The notes under the pieces are model-generated. The model searched no databases. It worked only from the letters and a program-made list of their open reading frames with translations, and had not been told where the DNA came from. 48,051 nucleotides of DNA from the NCBI GenBank assembly GCA_964496905.1, contig CAZCAQ010000002.1:70147-118197 (forward strand). The letters run 5' to 3'. Shown here piece by piece: positions 36,483 to 43,466 of this stretch. The translations under genes and the position numbers were made by a program. This DNA is from an uncultured Candidatus Saccharibacteria bacterium (lineage in GTDB: Bacteria; Patescibacteriota; WWE3; UBA101185; UBA10185). Within the stretch, counting starts at the first letter, position 1. Each line of letters starts with the position of its first letter.

Positions 36483-36487
36483 ATGGT

Positions 36488-37132
36488 CTACAACATGGTT
36501 ACAACTTGCCTGGCAAGTTTTAGGGCAGCTCTCGCCTTTTCGAGCGACTCAGCAAGATATTCAGGTGTTCCGTCAGGAAACATGATACCCACATACGCGG
36601 GATTGATCCAAGACATTTGCAACGTGTTGACCCACCTGCCATCTACAAACACATCACAATCGTACTGTCCCGAAACACGATAGCCCATCCGTTCCAGTGC
36701 CTTACGCGAAGCTATGTTTGGTTCACGCACTTGGCTCTGAATTGTGCAAAGATTCAGCTTTACCACATACAGAGTACGTGCCAAATGTGCTAAAGTGCCA
36801 ACACGTCTTCCTCGCCACTCAGGATTGAGAATAAGGATACCCGATGTACATTTGCGACTGATCAAATCAATCTTATGAAGACCAGTTCTGCCAACAGGCC
36901 TATCACAACCATCGGGTACTATAGCCCAGTGAATACCAGTGCTATCTTTTCGGGTTTTTTCCCACCATTCTTCCTCGTCAGCTGTTGTTGGAGCATGCCA
37001 CATGTTCGTGTAACGAACTCCTTCGCCGTTAGCAAGATATTCCGCGAATTCGCCCACTTCCTCTTTTGTGGGAGGACGAAGCGTAATGCCCATACCTTCC
37101 CACTCAACGCGCATACTAAATCCAAATGCCAT
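36488..37132 (-). CDS. GNAT-family N-acetyltransferase (RimJ/RimL-like) in a ~50% GC island
   Basis: ITLRPPTKEEV...NPEWRGRRVGTLAHLARTLYVV..REPNIASRKALERMGY. I prefer ATG 37132, preceded by AAAGGAGAAATATC. The upstream part of the ORF-track frame up to 37303 is leader. Confidence 0.75.
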   Translation of the reverse strand: MAFGFSMRVEWEGMGITLRPPTKEEVGEFAEYLANGEGVRYTNMWHAPTTADEEEWWEKTRKDSTGIHWAIVPDGCDRPVGRTGLHKIDLISRKCTSGILILNPEWRGRRVGTLAHLARTLYVVKLNLCTIQSQVREPNIASRKALERMGYRVSGQYDCDVFVDGRWVNTLQMSWINPAYVGIMFPDGTPEYLAESLEKARAALKLARQVVTML

Positions 37133-37165
37133 GATATTTCTCCTTTCAATGTGCAAACCTTTTTT

Positions 37166-37214
37166 AACCAACAGACACCTTGCCAAACAGCCAGGTGCTT
37201 TGAATTTGTTGGTT
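37166..37214 (-). promoter_or_regulatory. 49-nt stem-loop in the GNAT 5' leader
   Basis: AACCAACA (37214-37207)/TGTTGGTT (37173-37166) with an inner CACCT/AGGTG pairing; it ends ~33 nt before the ATG. Confidence 0.4.
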
Positions 37215-37265
37215 TTAAGAAGACTCCAAGGAGAAAATTGTGCAAATTTGGGTGGAATTATAGAT

Positions 37266-37289
37266 AAAAAAACCTCCGATTGGAGGCTT
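37266..37289 (-). terminator. Intrinsic terminator (AAGCCUCC-AAUC-GGAGGUUU + U-run)
   Basis: The minus-strand hairpin is followed by T7 (plus-strand A-run at 37266-37272). Confidence 0.7.
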
Positions 37290-37316
37290 ATCAAAACTAG
37301 CAAAATAATTGAGGAT

Positions 37317-37427
37317 TTAGACCAGTAGATAAGCCAAATATTTAACTGAACCGACCATGACGGGGTTCTGTATAGCGCAAATAGAGGCGCTAGATGTTAA
37401 ATTGTGGCTTAAACACTGCTTATGCAT
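37317..37427 (-). CDS. Candidate leaderless 36-aa ORF (MHKQCLSHNLTSSASICAIQNPVMVGSVKYLAYLLV) overlapping the structured RNA
   Basis: The ATG lies exactly 6 nt downstream of TATAAT, the same geometry as bona fide genes in this window. Confidence 0.25.
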   Translation of the reverse strand: MHKQCLSHNLTSSASICAIQNPVMVGSVKYLAYLLV

Positions 37428-37433
37428 GAAATT

Positions 37434-37461
37434 ATTATACTATGGGTTTTTGGGTTGTAAA
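37434..37461 (-). promoter_or_regulatory. Promoter TTTACA-16 nt-TATAAT
   Basis: On the minus strand, TTTACA at 37461-37456 and TATAAT at 37439-37434, starting 2 nt after the upstream stop codon. Confidence 0.6.
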
Positions 37462-37463
37462 GA

Positions 37464-38102
37464 CTAATCTATTTGTTCGATAGAAGATAGGATTTTATCT
37501 AGTTCTTGCTCATATCCTTGACCACGCTCGTCAGCAAAACTTTTTAGAATAAATATGCTTTTTTTTGGAAAATCAGGATGTTTCAAGTAAATGCAAGTTT
37601 GCGACACAAGAAACGGGCATTTAAAAGAGTATCCAGACAAATTGCCAAATTTAACTTGTACAATGGCATTTGTGTCTGGTGAAATCTTCTCTGAAATCTC
37701 GGGTCTGTTAAAATCTGCGACAACATCATTATATAGACTTCCCTGTAGATCTAATAAAGATATACGCAATTGCGAAAAATCTCTAGGACCAGGGCCTTCT
37801 TCACTGTGTATACCATGAAATGAAACTGTATAGTTGTAGGCGTCTCCGCTTATGTTATAGGTCTCAGGGACTACAAAGCTAATTCTATTGAGGGTGTCTG
37901 TTATTTGCACAGAACCATCTGAAAGTGTTTGCGTAAAAAGTTTTTTGTCCATATCGGCTTTTATTCGGCTATGCTGCGTCTTAGATACGGGCAACTTTTT
38001 GACCAATTGTGCAGAGCGTACGTAAGTGCCAATTAGTAACAAAATTACAATACAAAGTAAAATTAACAATAGTACAGTAGAAAATCCTAAATTGTTTTTC
38101 AC
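37464..38102 (-). CDS. Hypothetical membrane-anchored extracytoplasmic protein
   Basis: 212-aa ORF with an N-terminal TM helix and a GTG start preceded by a TAATATTAATAT tandem -10-like box. Confidence 0.5.
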   Translation of the reverse strand: MKNNLGFSTVLLLILLCIVILLLIGTYVRSAQLVKKLPVSKTQHSRIKADMDKKLFTQTLSDGSVQITDTLNRISFVVPETYNISGDAYNYTVSFHGIHSEEGPGPRDFSQLRISLLDLQGSLYNDVVADFNRPEISEKISPDTNAIVQVKFGNLSGYSFKCPFLVSQTCIYLKHPDFPKKSIFILKSFADERGQGYEQELDKILSSIEQID

Positions 38103-38169
38103 ATATTAATATTAGCACTATTCAACAAGGGCAAGTTTGAAATAATACGAAAGTTCGCAGAAGAAAGTG

Positions 38170-38197
38170 TTGACATTAGTTTTAAATATTGTATATT
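38170..38197 (+). promoter_or_regulatory. Near-consensus promoter TTGACA-16 nt-TATATT with no ATG downstream
   Basis: TTGACA at 38170-38175 and TATATT at 38192-38197. Confidence 0.6.
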
Positions 38198-38203
38198 TAT
38201 CCA

Positions 38204-38810
38204 TACGCCTCTTGAAAACAGAATAAGCAACCGACAAGCAAAACCCCACAGGTAGCGCGAAATCGTCGAGAACACTAATGCTTCGGCAAAAGAGTGTCTT
38301 GTACTTTAAGTTAAGACAAAGCCCACAAGCCAAAATCTTACACTTCTAGTGTTGCATCTAAAGGAGAATTCAAAGATACGAGAACTTCACGAGTCACATT
38401 GTGAATTATCGCAGGATATACAAGAATCGAAAGACCAAATGTTAATCCTGAAGGAAACGCCCTCAAAAGCTTTCCCGCGTCTGTGAAAAAAAACCTTAAG
38501 CGCCTAGACGAAAGTCAAAGCTTTTCAGCTTTAAAAACTGATCATAAGGATCCCGAAGAATAATGAGCAAGAGAAACGAGTTTGGCCAGAAACGAGAACA
38601 ATATGGACCCAGTCTGAATGCCTTCAAAAGCAATCATTCTCCGTATTTTACTTCCGTTTCTGGCCTTTCCTCTTTTTTACACATAAAGGGACGCGGGAAA
38701 GCAAGCTGTATATACACTAAGTACATAAAACCTACTTCCCCGCTTAAAAAAGGACCCAGTCCTGGTAAATCACTTACGATCCAACCTAAAAATTCCAACT
38801 ATTTGAATGC
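38204..38810 (+). ncRNA. Candidate large (~0.5-0.6 kb) structured ncRNA of unrecognised class; 3' end uncertain
   Basis: The locus is ORF-poor and GC-enriched. It contains 13-bp and 11-bp perfect nested long-range helices, several local hairpins, and UUCG and GAAA tetraloops that only read correctly on the + strand. Confidence 0.5.
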
Positions 38811-38812
38811 AT

Positions 38813-38836
38813 AAAAAATACCGCTAAGGTAGCGGC
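38813..38836 (-). terminator. Intrinsic terminator of the 38943-39593 gene
   Basis: On the minus strand, CCGCTA-CCT-TAGCGG is followed by TATTTTTT. Confidence 0.5.
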
Positions 38837-38942
38837 ATTAATTAACTGCGATTCATGCATGCATCAAGCATACTATAATAGTTGGGCACGATTACTTTAA
38901 GTATTCACTCACAAACGACGTACGTCAAGGGCTTTGTCAAAT

Positions 38943-39593
38943 TTATGGCGAAAACCTTTTAGAAGCAACACCACCATAAGCCTGAAGTGAATTAAAAAAG
39001 GCATAATTTAGGACGCTTCCATATACTTCTTTAAACACATCACTTACTTCACCAAAATTCGTAGTACTTTGCTGCTTTCGTAAAAATTCAAACAACTTTT
39101 CTTTGCCAAAATGATCAACTAGTAATTTAATAGAACTTCCTCCCTCTTGATAAACTTTTTGTCCATCTAAAAATCCATTAAATTCAAGTGTTTCGTTATC
39201 TTCTACTTGTCCTGCCACATAAACAGCTACACCTTCACTGATCCAAGACACACTGCATTCTCCAAATATTTTTTCAAAGAAAATATGACAAAGCTCGTGT
39301 TTAATTAGTTTTTCAATATTTAGAGTTTTTTCTGTGTGAGAGCTCTGCGTTGTAATATTCTTTGGATTTAAAATAAAAATTATATAACTCCCCCAATTCC
39401 AACCCACTGCCCAACTTTCTGTTTCATATCCACTTAGCTGATTGATAGTTTCGCGATCATCCACCACAAATAGCTTTGGAGTTTTTTGATTCCAATTAGT
39501 TTCAAAAAATGTGTTGAGTTCTTTAAGTGCATTTTCAAGATAAGTTTGTAGCTCTGGATTGTTGTATGTGTTTACTTTAAATACTTGGTGCAT
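38943..39593 (-). CDS. Hypothetical protein with HExxH...EG zincin-like motif (peptidase MA-like)
   Basis: IKHELCHIFFEKIFGECSVSWISEGVAVYVAG. Confidence 0.5.
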   Translation of the reverse strand: MHQVFKVNTYNNPELQTYLENALKELNTFFETNWNQKTPKLFVVDDRETINQLSGYETESWAVGWNWGSYIIFILNPKNITTQSSHTEKTLNIEKLIKHELCHIFFEKIFGECSVSWISEGVAVYVAGQVEDNETLEFNGFLDGQKVYQEGGSSIKLLVDHFGKEKLFEFLRKQQSTTNFGEVSDVFKEVYGSVLNYAFFNSLQAYGGVASKRFSP

Positions 39594-39614
39594 TCTTAGT
39601 TGATTATAACAAAC

Positions 39615-41309
39615 TCAACCAAACGTAAATGCAAAAACTTCGGTATTGGAATCTTCGAACTCTAGACGCAAATTATGTTTACCAGGACTTGGCAGGTTTA
39701 TTAATTTATACAATGTATCTTTGGTCACTGTAATTGTTCCGTTATCATTATCTTCGCCAAAATATTGTAAGTTATCGTCAACATAAACTTTAACTTTTGA
39801 AGGCTCACCTTTTGTCCGCATTACTAAAAACACTTCTTTTGCTTCAAAATTCAAGTGCAACTTAGAACCTGCTTGCGGATTTGCAAACTCCTCGCTTATT
39901 AACCACTCTCCTTCGTACGCAAGTTCATTCTCGAGCTGCTGTGGAACTGAATACGTACTTACGCTGGTTCTTTTAATATTTTCAGGTGAACCAAAGTGAT
40001 CGATCCTTGCGTAGCCTAAATATAATTCAGGAGTTCGAGAGTTTATCTGATAAGTGGGGTTGTTTATAGTGTTTGAGACATCTTGGGCTCCAGTTTCCTT
40101 AAGTAGTTCCTGAATCAATCTTTCACTCTCGTCATAAGCACCCTCACCAAAGTGATAAGTTCGAATCACACCTTCTTTATCAATGAAATATTTTGCTGGC
40201 CAATAACGATTACTGTAAGCGCGCCATGTTGCAAAATCGTTGTCTTGCATAACTGGATACTCTATTTTAAAATCCTCAATTGCCTGTGCTACATTTTTTT
40301 CATTCTTTTCAAATTCAAATTCTGGGGAGTGTACGCCAATTATGACAAGCCCCTTATCTTTATACTTTGAATGCCAGTCGCGCAAATAAGGTAGAGTGCG
40401 CTGACAATTTATACATGAGTAAGTCCAAAAATCTATTATGACGACTTTTCCTTTTAGTTCTGCTAAGGTTAGCGGCTCGCTGTTAAACCATTGGCCACCT
40501 GCAATAATTTCAGGAGCTGCATTTTTCTTTTTCTTAAGCTTTTCTGGTTTATCGTCAGCTTTTTTATCAAGCTCGGCACGTATTAAATTATTATCTTCTA
40601 ACTTAGTTAGTCCAGTACCGTATTGAGGAAAAGCCTGCAACACAGCAGTTTGAAATTTACGATCAAAATTAAAAAATATTGCCATAGCCGTTAAAATCAT
40701 CAGCACGCCAAAAACTTTTTGAATTGCTGCTAAATTTTTTGTTAACCATGGAACTCTCTTTAATGCCGTTTGACCTCCAAGCATTATTAAAAACATTGGG
40801 ATTGCTGTTCCAATTGAATACGCAAGTGTAATTAAAAATGCATCAAGCGTAACAGTGCCTGTAATAGCGAGCGAAATGACCGATGCCAAAATTGGTCCAA
40901 CACATGGCGTCCATAACAGTCCAACCGAAAAGCCAATAATTAAGCCGCCACTAAGTCCTGTTCGACCTTGATTATTTGGCATGTGCTGTGCTGCCCGCGA
41001 AAATATTTTTTCAATAAAGACTTGAAATTGAGGAATAAGCAGCGAAAACCCAAAACCAGCAATTATTATTACAGACATGAGCCTAAGCGTATCTGCTGGA
41101 ATGCCTAACAAACGTACAATAGTCGACAAAAACAGAGTAAAAAAAGTAAAACTTAGAATAAAACCAATAACAACGCCAATCGGACGAGATTTACCAGTGT
41201 CAACTCCACCAACACTCGAACTTAGAATTATGGGCAAAATTGGCAAAATGCATGGAGAAAGAACTGTTATTATACCCGCCAAAAATGCAAAAATTAAAAG
41301 TAGTATCAT
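39615..41309 (-). CDS. DipZ-like fusion: CcdA/DsbD-type thiol-disulfide transporter + TlpA/ResA-like thioredoxin domain + C-terminal beta domain
   Basis: LSPCILPILP and TPCVGP are the CcdA motifs. WTYSCINCQRT is a CxxC thioredoxin fold. Length 564 aa. Confidence 0.7.
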   Translation of the reverse strand: MILLLIFAFLAGIITVLSPCILPILPIILSSSVGGVDTGKSRPIGVVIGFILSFTFFTLFLSTIVRLLGIPADTLRLMSVIIIAGFGFSLLIPQFQVFIEKIFSRAAQHMPNNQGRTGLSGGLIIGFSVGLLWTPCVGPILASVISLAITGTVTLDAFLITLAYSIGTAIPMFLIMLGGQTALKRVPWLTKNLAAIQKVFGVLMILTAMAIFFNFDRKFQTAVLQAFPQYGTGLTKLEDNNLIRAELDKKADDKPEKLKKKKNAAPEIIAGGQWFNSEPLTLAELKGKVVIIDFWTYSCINCQRTLPYLRDWHSKYKDKGLVIIGVHSPEFEFEKNEKNVAQAIEDFKIEYPVMQDNDFATWRAYSNRYWPAKYFIDKEGVIRTYHFGEGAYDESERLIQELLKETGAQDVSNTINNPTYQINSRTPELYLGYARIDHFGSPENIKRTSVSTYSVPQQLENELAYEGEWLISEEFANPQAGSKLHLNFEAKEVFLVMRTKGEPSKVKVYVDDNLQYFGEDNDNGTITVTKDTLYKLINLPSPGKHNLRLEFEDSNTEVFAFTFG

Positions 41310-41315
41310 ATTTAG

Positions 41316-41828
41316 TTATTTAATGTTTTTAAGTAGTTCTTCGGTTTGCCCGCCGTTCCACTTGGTTACTTCGTTGCCTTGTTCATCAATTTGAACAAAA
41401 GTATGTTGATACGTAATACCGTATTTTTCTGCTAAAGCCTTTTCTTCTTGGTCAGTCTCGGGATCGTTGTAGTTTACGCGTATAACTGTAACGTCTGAAG
41501 GTATTTTGCTGGAATTTGTTTTAAAATCAGCATCTGCAGGTATACAGGTTGGGCACCAGGATGCGTAAAAGAACAAAACTCTTCTTGGTGTTGTGGCTGA
41601 GTCTAGCGCTACTTTTGTGTATTCAACATAGCGTGATTCTTCCATATTTGTGTCCGTGGGAGTTGTTGATTCGGTTATATCGTCACTTTGCAGTGGTTGT
41701 TTGGTCTGCTCATTGTTGGCCGGTTCCATAGTTTTCTGCTGTGAAGTATTTTGAGAATAAACATACCCTCCAACACCTAAGAAAGCTATCGATAAAGAGA
41801 CTATTAAGGCTAAGTTTGTATTTGTCAT
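41316..41828 (-). CDS. Membrane-anchored thioredoxin-family protein
   Basis: FFYASWCPTCIP is the WCxxC motif; an N-terminal TM helix is present. Confidence 0.75.
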   Translation of the reverse strand: MTNTNLALIVSLSIAFLGVGGYVYSQNTSQQKTMEPANNEQTKQPLQSDDITESTTPTDTNMEESRYVEYTKVALDSATTPRRVLFFYASWCPTCIPADADFKTNSSKIPSDVTVIRVNYNDPETDQEEKALAEKYGITYQHTFVQIDEQGNEVTKWNGGQTEELLKNIK

Positions 41829-41876
41829 AAAGTCATTATATAGGTACTGACCGATTTGTGTAAGTCTGAGGTTTAA

Positions 41877-42704
41877 CTAGGATATATTTAATGTGTTACA
41901 AAAAACAAAAAAATCCAATTTCGGTTGTAATGGCAATGTTGGAAATGATAAAAGTAATTGTTCTAGCGTGTGCGCGTTCTTAATGTTTTTTTCAAACTCC
42001 GTGCAAGCTTCAAGCCTGCCCCATCCGTATCTATCTACAAACTGTCCCCAAAGGGAATCCCCATTAAATGATAGGTGGGGTACAGAATTCGGCAAATACT
42101 CAAACTCCTTTGGCACTATAATCCTCATATTTTTTGTAAACTGCGGTGGAAAAGTATCTCTGTACTGTGGAAGTGCATAAAGCCAAGATCCTCCAAGTAT
42201 TTCTTCCGCTTCAGGGTATGTAGTTTTAATGTATTGAATCATTTTTTTTAAATCCTGCTTACGTTTAGGCATAAAATCTGGGTGCAACCCACTTTTAGCA
42301 CCTCTATAAAGGTTTGAAAAATGTATTTTAATAGTATTTTTACCATTATTAAGTTTACTTTTAGGATAATAATCGTAACCAAAAAAACCAAAATGCTTAC
42401 CGTCGTTTTCAGGATAGAAAGGAGCTTTGTATAATGCGTGATTTTGCTGCGAATATGCTGTAAAAAAATTACTTGAAAAATCTTGCAAAGGCATGCTTGG
42501 ATCTAAATTTGGCACAATCGATGACCAAGTTGAATTTAAATCCGGCTCGGTCGGTTTTTTATCAGTTAGTTTTAAATAGAGAGCAGTTTTTTCAAGCAAA
42601 ATCTCTGCTACTGGAGTTTGCGAAAGCTGCGCCCATTTGTAGGCAAATTGAACTTGGACATCAAAATATTCAATTGGGTACTTAAGTGGATTGCTCGGTT
42701 TCAT
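41877..42704 (-). CDS. Hypothetical protein
   Basis: 275-aa ORF with no family recognised by eye. Confidence 0.5.
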   Translation of the reverse strand: MKPSNPLKYPIEYFDVQVQFAYKWAQLSQTPVAEILLEKTALYLKLTDKKPTEPDLNSTWSSIVPNLDPSMPLQDFSSNFFTAYSQQNHALYKAPFYPENDGKHFGFFGYDYYPKSKLNNGKNTIKIHFSNLYRGAKSGLHPDFMPKRKQDLKKMIQYIKTTYPEAEEILGGSWLYALPQYRDTFPPQFTKNMRIIVPKEFEYLPNSVPHLSFNGDSLWGQFVDRYGWGRLEACTEFEKNIKNAHTLEQLLLSFPTLPLQPKLDFFVFCNTLNIS

Positions 42705-42750
42705 ACTTTAATTAAATATCATTACCATAAGTTTATACTGAGTTAACAGA

Positions 42751-43464
42751 TCACTTTTTTGTCCAGACACCAAAGCCATGTTCAGAAGGATACAAAACTA
42801 CTTCAGTAGGCCTATTTTCATCCTTAATGATTTTTACTAATTCCCTGGCAACATACTCAACAGGAAAAACCGCATTGCCATTTTTAGCAGCAGCTTGTTG
42901 AGCTTCAATCGATTTCCCTCCAAACGTTGTAATAGTACTTCCAAGTGTAATTAAACAAAAGGTTGGCTTTTTACCTTCAAATTCTTCTGAAAGAGATAAA
43001 GACAAGCCTCTTAATCCATACTTTGAAGAACAATAAGCAGCACGGTTTTTAAAAGGCATAGTTCCTGCACCGGAACCAATATTTAAAACAAGTCCAATTT
43101 CTGATACTTTAAGATCATTTAGCATCATTTTAATGAGCAAAAAGGGAACCATTAAGTTTAATTGTTGAGAGTAATAAAAATCTTCAAGAGTTAGGTCTTC
43201 TAGTGGTTTATAAATGCCAACACCCGCCATGTTAATTAAAATATCAATTTTATGATTTGCTGACTCACTCCGCAGTTTTGCCAAATCCTCCATCTTTGTT
43301 AAATCTGTTTGAATATATGTACTATTGGGCAAATTTTGTTCAGCAAAAGTGCGACCAACTAAAATAAGTTTGGCTTGTTCATTTGCAAGTTGCTTGGACA
43401 ACTCAAGCCCTATGCCTTTACTTGCACCGGTTAAAAGTATTGTTTTGTTTTTGAGCTTTAACAT
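42751..43464 (-). CDS. Short-chain dehydrogenase/reductase (SDR)
   Basis: TGASKGIG (cofactor binding), NMAG, and the YCSSK catalytic YxxxK. Confidence 0.85.
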   Translation of the reverse strand: MLKLKNKTILLTGASKGIGLELSKQLANEQAKLILVGRTFAEQNLPNSTYIQTDLTKMEDLAKLRSESANHKIDILINMAGVGIYKPLEDLTLEDFYYSQQLNLMVPFLLIKMMLNDLKVSEIGLVLNIGSGAGTMPFKNRAAYCSSKYGLRGLSLSLSEEFEGKKPTFCLITLGSTITTFGGKSIEAQQAAAKNGNAVFPVEYVARELVKIIKDENRPTEVVLYPSEHGFGVWTKK

Positions 43465-43466
43465 AG

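Larger units (their letters stand above)
37266..37427 (-). ncRNA. Candidate ~160-nt structured RNA (three-way junction + terminator): sRNA or riboswitch/attenuator-like leader of the GNAT gene
   Basis: It has its own TTTACA-16 nt-TATAAT promoter. The helices are hand-paired (see findings) and include a G-U pair that only works on the minus strand. Confidence 0.45.

Noticed and set aside
38661-38673. Minus-strand GAGGAAAGGCCAG resembling the RNase P RNA CR-I/P4 sequence GAGGAAAGUCCGG
   Set aside because: No P4 partner of the ACAGAA..CCGGCUUA type is present, and no GGUGAAA or other conserved regions. The tetraloops in the locus read correctly only on the + strand.
38688-38702. GGGACGCGGGAAAGC resembling the tmRNA 3' T-arm (GGACGCGGGUUCGA)
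   Set aside because: There is no TTCGA T-loop, no complementary CCCGC directly after it, no CCA-proximal acceptor pairing and no tag ORF. The segment instead pairs perfectly with 38469-38481.
38469-38702. Retron-like msr/msd reading (flanking 13-bp inverted repeats around a long hairpin)
   Set aside because: No reverse transcriptase gene is present downstream or anywhere in the window.
38118-38814. ORF-track entries 38118-38333 (-) 71 aa and 38563-38814 (+) 83 aa as protein genes
   Set aside because: Neither has leaderless-type geometry and neither has a good SD (only a weak AAGGA lies 12 nt before the + ORF). Their composition is odd and they are cut across by long perfect RNA helices. They are treated as non-coding, though the 83-aa ORF cannot be excluded without conservation data.
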